A stretch of DNA of 64,000 bases from an uncultured Phycisphaerales bacterium (GTDB taxonomy: Bacteria; Planctomycetota; Phycisphaerae; Tepidisphaerales; Tepidisphaeraceae): the NCBI GenBank assembly GCA_963844715.1, contig CAWJPJ010000006.1:64001-128000 (forward strand), in the 5' to 3' direction. A program made the translations under genes and the position numbers. The notes under the pieces were generated by a model. It did not search any database. It was not told where the DNA came from and was given only the letters and a program-made list of their open reading frames with translations. Positions 1 to 8,904 of this stretch are shown here, piece by piece (the first letter of the stretch is position 1; every line of letters begins with the position of its first letter).

Positions 1-1
1 A

Positions 2-532
2 TTGGCGGAGCAGCTCGAGAAGGAAAATCTCACGCCGGATGTGCGAGCCGAGGAGGATGAAGCGAACCGGCGATTATTTGTGCTTCAGGTCATCCAGCCA
101 GGTCTGGCGGGATTGATGGATGGATCGGTCTCGACCCTCGCGCCGGTGTTTGCCGCGGCGTTCGCCACGCATCGCAGCGAATATGCGTTTCTGGTTGGCC
201 TCGCGGCGTCCGTTGGGGCGGGGATCAGCATGGGATTTGCCGAAGCGCTCAGCGACGACGGGAGCCTGACCGGGCGCGGGCGGCCGCTGTTGCGCGGGAT
301 CATCTGCGGATTGATGACGGCTTTGGGTGGGATCGGGCACACGGTCCCGTTCCTCATCCCGCGCTTCGGAGTCGCGTTTGCCGTGGCGGTGGGGGTTGTC
401 GCGCTCGAGCTGGGAGTGATCTCCTGGATTCGCTATCGCTTCATGGACACGCCGTTTCTCTCGGCGGCGTTTCAGGTTGTCGTGGGAGGGGTGTTGGTTT
501 TTATCGCGGGAATCGTGATCGGGTCATCATGA
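2..532 (+). CDS. mbfA: Iron exporter MbfA, C-terminal VIT1/CCC1 membrane domain (5'-partial)
   Basis: RRLFVLQVIQPGLAGLMDGSVSTLAPVFAAAFAT and GISMGFAEALSDDG motifs, several TM helices; the ORF runs off the window start. Confidence 0.85.
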   Translation: MAEQLEKENLTPDVRAEEDEANRRLFVLQVIQPGLAGLMDGSVSTLAPVFAAAFATHRSEYAFLVGLAASVGAGISMGFAEALSDDGSLTGRGRPLLRGIICGLMTALGGIGHTVPFLIPRFGVAFAVAVGVVALELGVISWIRYRFMDTPFLSAAFQVVVGGVLVFIAGIVIGSS

Positions 533-593
533 GCCCGACGGCGGCAATTTTGCCGCCTTGCCGGAATCCACCATCGTGTTTCAAATGTGGGGG

Positions 594-1475
594 ATGCCAT
601 TGCCGAGCATTTCGATTGTCGTTCCGAATTTCAATGGCGCGAAAACGCTTGAGAAGACTTTGCGGTCTTTGGTGGATCAGAAGTATCCGGAGTTGGAAAT
701 CATCGTCGTTGATGGGGGATCGACGGACGGGAGCCTGGAGATCATCCGCCGGTATGAGCCGCACATCGCGTGGTGGGTGAGCGAAAAGGATCGCGGGCAA
801 AGCAACGCCATCAACAAAGGGTTGGCGCCAGCCGCGGAAAGATCGTCAATTGGCTGTGCAGCGATGATTATCTTTGCCCTGGGGCGCTTGATATCGTTGG
901 GAAGACGTTTGCGGAAAAGCCGGAGATCGACGTCTTGGCCGGCGCGAGCGAGCAGGTCTGGATGGATAGCGATCATCGCAGTCCGATGAAGATCAAGCCG
1001 CACTGGCTCGATCTGATGCCATGCTGGGATCCCATTCCGCAGCCGAGTTGTTTCTTCCGGCGGAGCCTGCTCGATCGAAAACCGGCCATTGATGAGCGGT
1101 ATCATTATTCGATGGATTTTGAATTGTGGTGCTATTTCCGGTCGAGGAAGGCGAACTTTCACATCATTGACGAGCAATTGAGCGTCATTCAAAACAGCGA
1201 TTCGAACAAGACTAGCATTGCCGGCGATGCGCAGGATTCCGGAATGGGAACTGCTCTACCGAACCTATGTCGGGGAAAGAATCCCGCTGATCTTCTGGCA
1301 TCGCTATTTCCGGTATCCGGTTGAGCGATTCCGCCAGAAACATCGCGGCAACAAGACGATCTTCTACGCGACGCGCGTCTATACCGGGACGTTTCGCCGA
1401 TTCTTCGGGTTGTTTTATGGCCAGGAACGCGTTCGGATCATGAATTGGGAATGGTTTGTCCGCCCGCCTTCTTAA
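594..1475 (+). CDS. Glycosyltransferase family 2 (two frameshifts, probably sequencing indels)
   Basis: SIVVPNFN, IIVVDGGSTDGS, GQSNAINKG, then WLCSDD and DFELW in the next frame; pieces 558-989, 770-1324, 1218-1475. Confidence 0.85.
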
Positions 1476-1487
1476 AATGCGGGGTTG

Positions 1488-1512
1488 GGAATAAATTTCC
1501 GCTGGATTCGTC
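1488..1512 (+). promoter_or_regulatory. ECF sigma-type promoter GGAAT-N16-CGTC upstream of the sigma gene
   Basis: GGGAATAaatttccgctggaTTCGTCTGGT; the same motif and spacing recur at 2948-2972. Confidence 0.7.
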
Positions 1513-1539
1513 TGGTAAGGGGAAGTCTCGGAGGCGTAT

Positions 1540-2115
1540 TTGGACGCGCACCGCTTGGCAGGCGGATATGAAGAGGTGTCGGGTTCGGACGAGGCCGCGG
1601 GCATCGTCGACGCTTCGCTTGCGCATCTGGATACGGCGTATAACCTGGCGCGATGGCTCACCGGCTCGGATCACGATGCGGAGGATATGGTTCAAGAGGC
1701 ATATCTTCGCGCCCTGCGCGCCGCTGGAACGTATCGCGGGAGGAGCGCCCGGTCGTGGATTTTGACGATCGTTCGCAACGCCTGCTTCGATCGCCTTCGG
1801 CGTCAGAAAATCGCGCCATTCGATGATTCTGAAGGAGACGCGCCACCGGATGTGTCGGCAGTTGAAAGCGATCCGGCGGTCATCCTCGAGCGCGCGGAGG
1901 ACGTTGCCAGAACCCGTCAGTCGATTGCGCAATTGGCCCCAAATCTTCGAGAAGCGGTCGTGCTCCGAGACCTGGAGGGAATGTCGTACAAGGAAATCGC
2001 GGCGATCAGCGGCGTGCCGATGGGGACGGTGATGTCGCGATTGGCCCGGGGGCGAACTCAGTTGGTGGCGATGTTGAGCGAGGATCGAACCAGATCGCAG
2101 GGGGTGAAGCCATGA
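1540..2115 (+). CDS. ECF RNA polymerase sigma-70 factor
   Basis: AYNLARWL, DAEDMVQEAYLRA, SWILTIVRN, EGMSYKEIA, GTVMSRLARGR; start codon uncertain. Confidence 0.92.
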   Translation: MDAHRLAGGYEEVSGSDEAAGIVDASLAHLDTAYNLARWLTGSDHDAEDMVQEAYLRALRAAGTYRGRSARSWILTIVRNACFDRLRRQKIAPFDDSEGDAPPDVSAVESDPAVILERAEDVARTRQSIAQLAPNLREAVVLRDLEGMSYKEIAAISGVPMGTVMSRLARGRTQLVAMLSEDRTRSQGVKP

Positions 2116-2912
2116 CAAATATGAATTGCCAGGATGTTCGCGGACTGCTGCACGCCTACACGGACAATGAGTTGGATGCGATGGCGGCGCAGCAGATTGA
2201 GGCACACATGGCAGAATGCGCGGTGTGCCGCCGGGCGTTTGAAGCGGATCGGGCGGTAAAGAGCGTTCTGGCGAATCCGGCGCTGTTGCACGCCGCGCCG
2301 GCGAGTTTGCGCGGGAGAATCCGCGCCGCCGCAATCGTCGCCGATCCGCAACGGGCCGCGGGGAATAGTCCGATATCGGCCGCGGCGCGGCGGCCCAGCA
2401 CCTTCTGGCGGAATCTGGCCGTGGCGGCTGCGGTGCTGATCGTCATTGGTTTGGCCTGGGTCGGGCCGGGCGAATTTTCGCATTTGGGCGGCGCTGGCAC
2501 CGATGGTCAGGAAGCGCTGGCCGCGCATTTGCGATCGTTGCAGACCGAATCGCATTTGTTCGACGTGGCGTCGTCGGATCAGCATACGGTGAAGCCTTGG
2601 TTTGCCGGGCGCGTGGATTTTTCGCCGCCGGTGTTTGATCTGTCTGATAAGGGTTTCCCGCTCATCGGCGGCAGGTTGGATTATCTGCACCAGAGACCGG
2701 TGGCGGCTTTGGTTTATCGGCGCAACAAGCACATCATCAACGTCTTTGTCTGGCCGGGCGAAAGTGGGGAATCGTCGATGGATCAGGACGGGTATCACCT
2801 GGTTCATTGGAGCGACGGGGGGATGACGTTCTGGGCGGTGTCGGATTTGAATCCCGCCGAATTGGGGCAATTCGCGGGTTTATTCAGATCCGAATCTTCA
2901 ACTCGGCCGTAA
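2112..2912 (+). CDS. Membrane-anchored zinc-binding anti-sigma factor (zf-HC2)
   Basis: HxxxCxxC (HMAECAVC), one TM helix, periplasmic SSDQHTVKPWF...GGRLDYL domain; overlaps the sigma stop (ATGA). Confidence 0.9.
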   Translation: MTNMNCQDVRGLLHAYTDNELDAMAAQQIEAHMAECAVCRRAFEADRAVKSVLANPALLHAAPASLRGRIRAAAIVADPQRAAGNSPISAAARRPSTFWRNLAVAAAVLIVIGLAWVGPGEFSHLGGAGTDGQEALAAHLRSLQTESHLFDVASSDQHTVKPWFAGRVDFSPPVFDLSDKGFPLIGGRLDYLHQRPVAALVYRRNKHIINVFVWPGESGESSMDQDGYHLVHWSDGGMTFWAVSDLNPAELGQFAGLFRSESSTRP

Positions 2913-2947
2913 AAAGCGCACTACAAAGCGGGCTGGAAACAATTCCG

Positions 2948-2972
2948 GGAATATCCGCGCCGGCAGTTCGTC
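2948..2972 (+). promoter_or_regulatory. Second ECF sigma-type promoter GGAAT-N16-CGTC upstream of the cupredoxin
   Basis: GGGAATAtccgcgccggcagTTCGTCCGGT, matching 1488-1512. Confidence 0.7.
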
Positions 2973-2999
2973 CGGTTTATTGAAAGGACGAAATGCCAA

Positions 3000-3371
3000 A
3001 TGAGAATAATCAACCTCGCGCTGGTTTTGGTATGTGCGGCGGCGATTGCCGGAATTGCCCTTGGCGACGAACCGGCGACCGCGCCAACGACGGAGCCTTC
3101 GATGGGGCCATCGTCGAATCCAACCGTCACCATCGACAACTTCAGCTACAGCCCGAAGGAATTGACGATTCGCGCCGGGACGACGGTCACCTGGGTGAAT
3201 CAGGACGACGTTCCCCACACCGCGACGGCGGATGGCGACTCGCCACTGTTTGATTCCAAGGCCCTGGACACGGACGACAAGTATTCCTTCACGTTTAATC
3301 AGCCGGGGAAATACCCCTACTACTGCAAAGTGCACCCGCACATGCACGGCTTGGTCATCGTTAACCCATAA
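3000..3371 (+). CDS. Cupredoxin (amicyanin/plastocyanin-like blue copper protein)
   Basis: Signal peptide; type 1 copper ligands PHTAT...YYCKVHPHM. Confidence 0.92.
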   Translation: MRIINLALVLVCAAAIAGIALGDEPATAPTTEPSMGPSSNPTVTIDNFSYSPKELTIRAGTTVTWVNQDDVPHTATADGDSPLFDSKALDTDDKYSFTFNQPGKYPYYCKVHPHMHGLVIVNP

Positions 3372-3386
3372 CGCACGGAGACCCAT

Positions 3387-4370
3387 ATGCCTGAATATAT
3401 TGACCGGGACGATGCGCACGACGGAATCGATCGGCGCGGTTTTTTAAAGTGCATGGCCTGGGCCGGCGCGGGAGTGGTCTGGGCAATGAAAGGCGGGATT
3501 CTCCAGTCGCGCGCGTTCGGTGCGGATATGGGCGGAATGGCCGGCGCGGATTTCACGTTCGTACAGGTGAGCGACAGTCATATCGGATTCAACAAGGGCG
3601 TTTATACCGACGTCGTGGGAACATTTCGCACGGCCGTGGATCGGATCAACGCCCTCCCGCAAGCGCCTTCGCTGGTGTTGCATACGGGGGACCTGACGCA
3701 CCTTTCCAGGCCGGCGGAGTTTGACACCGTCGGGCAAATGATGAAGTCGATCAAGACGGATCAAACGTTTTACGTGCCGGGGGAGCACGACTACTTCGTG
3801 GACAACGGCCAGCAATATCTCGAACGCTTCGGCAAAGGGACGCGCGGAACGGGTTGGCAAAGCTTCGATTTTCACGGCGTGCATTTCATAGGGTTGGTAA
3901 ATGTCGCAAATCTCAGCAACGGCAAGACCTCGCTGGGTCTGCTTGGCGACGAGCAGCTTGAGTGGATGGAAAAAGATGTTGAAGGCCTCGCCGACAGCAC
4001 GCCGGTCGTTGTCTTCGCACACGTGCCGCTTTGGACGGTTTATGGGGACTGGGGCTGGGGCACGCAGGACAGCGGGCGGACCCTGGGATATCTGCGGCGG
4101 TTTGGATCGGTGAGCGTGCTCAACGGACACATTCATCAGATACTTCAAAAAGTGGAGGGGAATATCACGTTTCACACCGCGCGCTCGACCGCTTTTCCGC
4201 AGCCGGAGCCAGGGAAAGCGCCGTCGCCCGGGCCGATGAAGAATATCGCGGCGGATCGAGTTCGAAGCATGCTGGGAATCACGCGCGTGGATTACGTGGA
4301 GCACGCGGGAACCCTCGCGACGACGGATACGGCGCTGGCCGCTGCACCGCCGGCGACGCAGCCGGGCTAG
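3387..4370 (+). CDS. Tat-exported metallophosphoesterase
   Basis: DRRGFLK Tat motif; DSH, GDLTH, GEHD, FAH and GHIH calcineurin-like motifs. Confidence 0.9.
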   Translation: MPEYIDRDDAHDGIDRRGFLKCMAWAGAGVVWAMKGGILQSRAFGADMGGMAGADFTFVQVSDSHIGFNKGVYTDVVGTFRTAVDRINALPQAPSLVLHTGDLTHLSRPAEFDTVGQMMKSIKTDQTFYVPGEHDYFVDNGQQYLERFGKGTRGTGWQSFDFHGVHFIGLVNVANLSNGKTSLGLLGDEQLEWMEKDVEGLADSTPVVVFAHVPLWTVYGDWGWGTQDSGRTLGYLRRFGSVSVLNGHIHQILQKVEGNITFHTARSTAFPQPEPGKAPSPGPMKNIAADRVRSMLGITRVDYVEHAGTLATTDTALAAAPPATQPG

Positions 4371-4373
4371 CGG

Positions 4374-4833
4374 CTAGCGCGCCAGCATGTAGGGCTTGGC
4401 GATTCCGTTGCCGATGATTTGCTCGCGGATTTCCTGGATCGAGCGACGGTCGCCGGGCCACATGAAATGCTCCTCCGCGGATTCAATCGGCAGCCAGCGA
4501 AATTGATCATGCTCATGATCCATGACAACCACGGCGTTGCGTTTGACGACCGCGCAAAATTGAATCGAATGCCAGAGTGTGTCGTGCGCGGCGATGTAGA
4601 AAACATGAGCGTCACTGAGTTTGTAAAACTCGTCGGGAGCAAGGCCGGCTTCCTCGCGCGAGCTCGCGCAAGGCGCCGTCCGCAGGCCATTCGCCGGGAT
4701 TGGATTCACCATAGACGGTTTGCCACGTGCCGCCAAGGAAATCCTCGGGGCTGCGGCGAAGCTGGAGAATCTCCCAACCCGAACCGGCGGGCCGTATCAC
4801 AAAACAGCACACCATGTCGTAGCGGATTTTCAT
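4374..4833 (-). CDS. NUDIX hydrolase (frameshifted)
   Basis: GTWQTVYG...GE...ALREL/REEAGL Nudix box split across ORFs 4612-4833 and 4374-4736. Confidence 0.8.
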
Positions 4834-5993
4834 GATTGGGTTGCGCCGATAACGTAATTCTGCCCGCCGACGCGTTTGACCCAGCCGCGCAGGGTCATCA
4901 TGGTGAGTTCCGGCAGAATCGTCTCGGCGGGTAAATCGGTCCGGGCAATGATCAGATCCAGGCCGATGGGGTCGCGGGTGATTTCGCGAAGGATGCGAGT
5001 TTGCTGATCGGTCAGATTGAAGGCCGCGACGAGTTTTGGGGTGGTCTCCTCGGCAAGCGTCGCGGTTGGCTCTGGTGGAATTTCGGGTTGCTCGATTTCA
5101 ATGGCTTGCTGCGGGAGGGGCCCGAGGCCGTCGAGGATTTCTTCGAGATTGGTGACCAGCGTCGCGCCGTCGCGGATGAGCGCGTGCGGGCCGGCGGACA
5201 TGGGATTGTCCACGCGGCCGGGGAGCGCGAAGACGGTGCGTCCGTGCTCGTCGCCGGCTTGTCTGGCGGTGATGAGCGCACCGCTGGCGACATCCGCCTC
5301 GACGACCAGCACGCCGCGCGACAGGCCGCTGATGATCCGGTTGCGGCGCGGGAAATTCTCCTTCGCCGGAGGCGTGCCGAGGGGAAATTCACTCACCACG
5401 GCGCCGCGCGCGGCGAGTTGTTTAAAGAGGGACTCATTTTCGGGCGGATAGGCGACGTCCACGCCGCACCCGAGGACGACGATGGTGCGCCCGTCGGGAA
5501 TCGCCAGAGCCCCGCGATGGGCGGCGGAGTCGACGCCTCGCGCGCCGCCGCTAACGACAGTTGCCCCCGCCTGGGCAAGAAGCGATCCGAATCGCTCCGC
5601 CTGTTCGCGGCCGTAGAGGCTGCATTTTCGGCTCCCGACGATGGCGACGGCGTTGAGATCGCGCGGCTGGAGCGTGCCGCGAATAAAAAGCACGGCGGGG
5701 GGATCAGGGATGACTTTCAGCAGCATCGGGTATTCCGCATCGTCCTGACAAATGAGATTCACGCCCATCTCGCGGCAGCGGGCGAGTTCCCTCTCAGCCG
5801 CGTCCGCCGCGGCCCGAATCGACCGCAAAATCTGCGAGGTCTTGATCGTTCCGATCCCCTCGACCGCGCCCAGCAGAGTCGCCCCCGCATCGCACGCGGC
5901 TTCGGCGCTTCCGGCGGCGATCACCAGCCGGCCCAGAAGAATCGGGCCGATTCCGTCGGTCATCGAGAGTTGCAGCCAGTGCCGAAGCGCCAC
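4830..5993 (-). CDS. dprA: DNA processing protein DprA
   Basis: VAIVGSRKCSLYG, VVSGGARGVDSAAH, FPRRNRIISGLS, SGALITA, C-terminal winged helix. Confidence 0.95.
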   Translation of the reverse strand: MALRHWLQLSMTDGIGPILLGRLVIAAGSAEAACDAGATLLGAVEGIGTIKTSQILRSIRAAADAAERELARCREMGVNLICQDDAEYPMLLKVIPDPPAVLFIRGTLQPRDLNAVAIVGSRKCSLYGREQAERFGSLLAQAGATVVSGGARGVDSAAHRGALAIPDGRTIVVLGCGVDVAYPPENESLFKQLAARGAVVSEFPLGTPPAKENFPRRNRIISGLSRGVLVVEADVASGALITARQAGDEHGRTVFALPGRVDNPMSAGPHALIRDGATLVTNLEEILDGLGPLPQQAIEIEQPEIPPEPTATLAEETTPKLVAAFNLTDQQTRILREITRDPIGLDLIIARTDLPAETILPELTMMTLRGWVKRVGGQNYVIGATQS

Positions 5994-5996
5994 GGT

Positions 5997-7088
5997 TCAC
6001 CCCTTCAAACTTATCACGGCTTCGCGAACCAGTTCAGGCTGAACGTTGTCCGCCACAAACGCCTTGCCGATTCCTTCGAGAAGCACAAACCGGAGTTTTC
6101 CGTTTTTGACTTTCTTGTCGAACCGCATCGTTTCGAGAACTTTGTCGATGTCGAGTGTAAGGCCCGCCGTGGGCAAGCCGGCTCTTTGCAGAATCGCGCG
6201 AATGCGCGAAAGGGAAGATTCGTCCAGCAAGTCCAGCTTATAGGAAACGAAGGCCGCGGCGCACATGCCCAGCGAGATCGCTTCACCATGCGAGTAGGAA
6301 TAGTTGGAGACCGATTCGATGGCGTGCCCGAAAGTATGCCCGAAGTTGAGATGGGCTCGATCGCCTTTTTCCAACGGGTCGGCTTCGACGACCTTTGCCT
6401 TGATCCGCACGTTGTGGGCAATCAACTCGCTAAGAACGCTCATATCCAGGGCAAGAATACTGTCGAGCGTGCTTTCGAGTTCGGAAAATCCTTTCGCGTC
6501 GCGAATGAGATCGTGCTTGATGCATTCGGCCAAGCCGCTGCGAAGTTCGCGCGGCGGAAGAGTGACGAGACTTTGCGGATCGATCAGAACCCCCGTCGGC
6601 TGGTAAAACGCGCCAATGAGATTTTTCCCCACCGCATGATCCACACCGGTTTTCCCGCCGATGCTGGCGTCCACCATGGCCAGCAGACTTGTGGGAATCT
6701 GCACCAGAGGCACGCCGCGCAGAATCGTGGCGGCAACGAAACCCGCCATGTCCGTGACCACCCCGCCGCCGAGGGCCAACACCGGCGTGGACCGCTCGAT
6801 CTTCGCACCAAGCAATTGATCGTATAAGGGCATAATATGGCGGAGATTCTTGTGCTGCTCACCGGCGGGAATAACCGCGGTGATCGCTTCGATCCCAACG
6901 GCCGAAAGCGAATCGGCTAGCGTTTTGCCATGCAGCGGCTCAACATGAGAATCCGTCACCACGGCGGCCTTGCCCTGGCTGAATTTCGATTTCATCCACT
7001 CGCCCACGGAGGAAAGCAAACCGGGTTTCACGATGACGTCATATCCCTGCTTGGCAAGTTTGACGTGGATTGTGGTTCCCTCGGTCAT
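5997..7088 (-). CDS. aroB: 3-dehydroquinate synthase
   Basis: GGGVVTDMAGF, PTSLLAMVDASIGGKTG, KNLIGAF, LNFGHTFGHAIE, HGEAI. Confidence 0.97.
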   Translation of the reverse strand: MTEGTTIHVKLAKQGYDVIVKPGLLSSVGEWMKSKFSQGKAAVVTDSHVEPLHGKTLADSLSAVGIEAITAVIPAGEQHKNLRHIMPLYDQLLGAKIERSTPVLALGGGVVTDMAGFVAATILRGVPLVQIPTSLLAMVDASIGGKTGVDHAVGKNLIGAFYQPTGVLIDPQSLVTLPPRELRSGLAECIKHDLIRDAKGFSELESTLDSILALDMSVLSELIAHNVRIKAKVVEADPLEKGDRAHLNFGHTFGHAIESVSNYSYSHGEAISLGMCAAAFVSYKLDLLDESSLSRIRAILQRAGLPTAGLTLDIDKVLETMRFDKKVKNGKLRFVLLEGIGKAFVADNVQPELVREAVISLKG

Positions 7089-7247
7089 GGACTCGCATTG
7101 TAACCGCAGCCCGAAAGTTCTCGAAATAGCGCTCCGTGCGCGTCTTAAGCGTCGGGGCGGCGATTGTTAAGAACCGCAACAGCATAAACCCGCAAAAAAT
7201 ACTTCTCCAACCATCATCGCACTTTACTTGTCGAACCGCCCCCTGCG

Positions 7248-7263
7248 AATACGATATCGTATT
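7248..7263. promoter_or_regulatory. Perfect 16-bp palindrome AATACGATATCGTATT, a probable repressor operator
   Basis: Perfect dyad that abuts the AGGAG RBS of dat and overlaps a TACGAT -10-like hexamer (TTGTCG at 7228-7233). Confidence 0.55.
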
Positions 7264-7273
7264 AGGAGAAAGC

Positions 7274-8122
7274 ATGACCGAATGGATTTGGTTGAACGGA
7301 GAGATCGTGCCCATGGGGGAGGCGTGGGTCTCGGTCGAGGACCGCGGCTTTCAATTCGCCGACGGCGTGTATGAAGTCATCCGCATCTACAACGGAAAAC
7401 TCTTCACCCTTCCCCAGCATCTCCAGCGCCTGGAAAAATCGGCGTCGGCGATCCAGCTAGCCGTGCCGATGGACTCCGCGAGCCTGACCGCCGAAATCGC
7501 CAAGCTGATCGACCGCAGCGGCCTTCGCGAAGGGATGATCTATCTCCAGCTGACGCGCGGCGCCGCGCCGCGAAATCACATTTACGGGCAACTCAAGCCG
7601 ACGCTTTTATTTTACGCCAGGCCCCTGCCCCCGGCGTCCGCCCCCGGCGATGGCGAGGGCGTGAAGCTCCTCACCGTCCCGGATGAGCGCTGGAAACGAT
7701 GCTGGATCAAGTCGATCGCGCTGCTCCCCAATATTCTGGCCAAAAACCAGGCCGTCGCCTCGGGCTCGGACGAGGCGGTCTTCATCGCCAACGATACGGT
7801 GACCGAATGCTCCGCCAGCAACATTTTCGCCGTCATCGGAAAAAAGTTGGTGACCCATCCCGTAGGGAGCAAGGTCCTCCCCGGCATCACGCGGGCAATC
7901 CTGCTGGAGCTTGCGCCATCGGTCGGGCTGGAGTCCGACGAGCGCGCCCTGCGCGAAGAAGAAGCCCGCCGCGCCGATGAACTATTCATCACCAGCACAA
8001 CGCGGGAAATTTCCTGGGTCGCCCGCTGGAACGACCGCTACATCGGCCAGGGCCGCTGCGGGCAGATGACCAAAAAGCTCCACGCCGCCCTGCGCGAGAA
8101 AATTGTGAGGGAGACGTCATGA
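7274..8122 (+). CDS. dat: D-amino-acid aminotransferase (PLP class IV)
   Basis: EDRGFQFADGVYEVIR, IKSIALLPN, ECSASN, LPGITR, FITSTTREI; AGGAG RBS. Confidence 0.85.
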   Translation: MTEWIWLNGEIVPMGEAWVSVEDRGFQFADGVYEVIRIYNGKLFTLPQHLQRLEKSASAIQLAVPMDSASLTAEIAKLIDRSGLREGMIYLQLTRGAAPRNHIYGQLKPTLLFYARPLPPASAPGDGEGVKLLTVPDERWKRCWIKSIALLPNILAKNQAVASGSDEAVFIANDTVTECSASNIFAVIGKKLVTHPVGSKVLPGITRAILLELAPSVGLESDERALREEEARRADELFITSTTREISWVARWNDRYIGQGRCGQMTKKLHAALREKIVRETS

Positions 8123-8350
8123 AAGAATCGCGTCGCTCCAGAGCATTTGCGGATGCCGCGCGAAAGTATCTTGCCCGTTACGGCCGGCAAGGGCTGATTA
8201 CGCAAATCAATAGTGCAAACGGGGATGGCCCGACTGCGCTGGAACGAAGGCACTCGAAAGCGCTGCGGCGCTATTTGGTGAAAAATTCGAAAAACGATCC
8301 TTGGTGATCCGGCCCGCGGATTTTTTCAGCCCATTCGCTTCCAGGCGCTA
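8119..8350 (+). pseudogene. Degenerate MazE/ChpI-like antitoxin followed by the stub of a MazF-like toxin
   Basis: RSRAFADAARKYL...ITQINSANGD...NDPW* resembles ChpI-type antitoxins lacking the N-terminus; an overlapping GTG ATC CGG (VIRPADFF) stops after about 15 codons. Confidence 0.4.
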
Positions 8351-8686
8351 GGCGACCGCATTTCGTCCCTGTCGGCGCGGACCGATTGTTCCGTGGCGCT
8401 TTCCGAATAAATCTGATTCGCCGGAGAGCTTTAGAATCTCAAAATACATCAGCAGAGTCGCTCGATCGACGGTTTGCTCATATTCTCCCGCGTCATTTAC
8501 TAGCCACAGGCAATCAAGACCGTCTTTTTCGGAATAGAAGCCGACGCGGTACTTTCGGCCGATCAATGTTTTCCAATGCGGAGTGCCGTCGTCGTACCGT
8601 TTGAGTTGTACGAGAGTCTTGGGCGGGATGACCGTCGGAATTCGCATTTCAGGAGCTATTATATCGTGATTATTTGGGTCAGCCAA
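8348..8686 (-). CDS. Hypothetical protein, possible immunity protein
   Basis: 112-aa ORF, AT-richer than its flanks, starting 2 nt after the upstream small ORF. Confidence 0.6.
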   Translation of the reverse strand: MADPNNHDIIAPEMRIPTVIPPKTLVQLKRYDDGTPHWKTLIGRKYRVGFYSEKDGLDCLWLVNDAGEYEQTVDRATLLMYFEILKLSGESDLFGKRHGTIGPRRQGRNAVA

Positions 8687-8688
8687 AT

Positions 8689-8904
8689 TTACGATTTCGC
8701 TTTAGCCGCTTCAGCCATGAATCTTGTCCAATCCGAAACTGGAATCGATGGCGGCATAATGCCATTATGCGGGATTGGACTACCATCTAAACGATAACGC
8801 CCGACATTTCTTTTTTTCCGGTACCGATCAACGTGGGGCGATCCATGCCTGACCTTGTCTAGCTTATAGACATCGCGGGACATCAGAACCCATATTCCTT
8901 CCAC
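8689..8904 (-). CDS. Small basic hypothetical protein, possible orphan polymorphic toxin tip
   Basis: SPHVDRYRKKRNVGRYRLDGSPIPH; an ATG at about 8883 overlaps the ubiD-family stop. Confidence 0.45.
   Translation of the reverse strand: MEGIWVLMSRDVYKLDKVRHGSPHVDRYRKKRNVGRYRLDGSPIPHNGIMPPSIPVSDWTRFMAEAAKAKS

Noticed and set aside
5001..6827. 608-aa plus-strand ORF, and many similar long antisense ORFs
   Set aside because: Shadow of dprA/aroB caused by high-GC codon bias; no recognisable motifs
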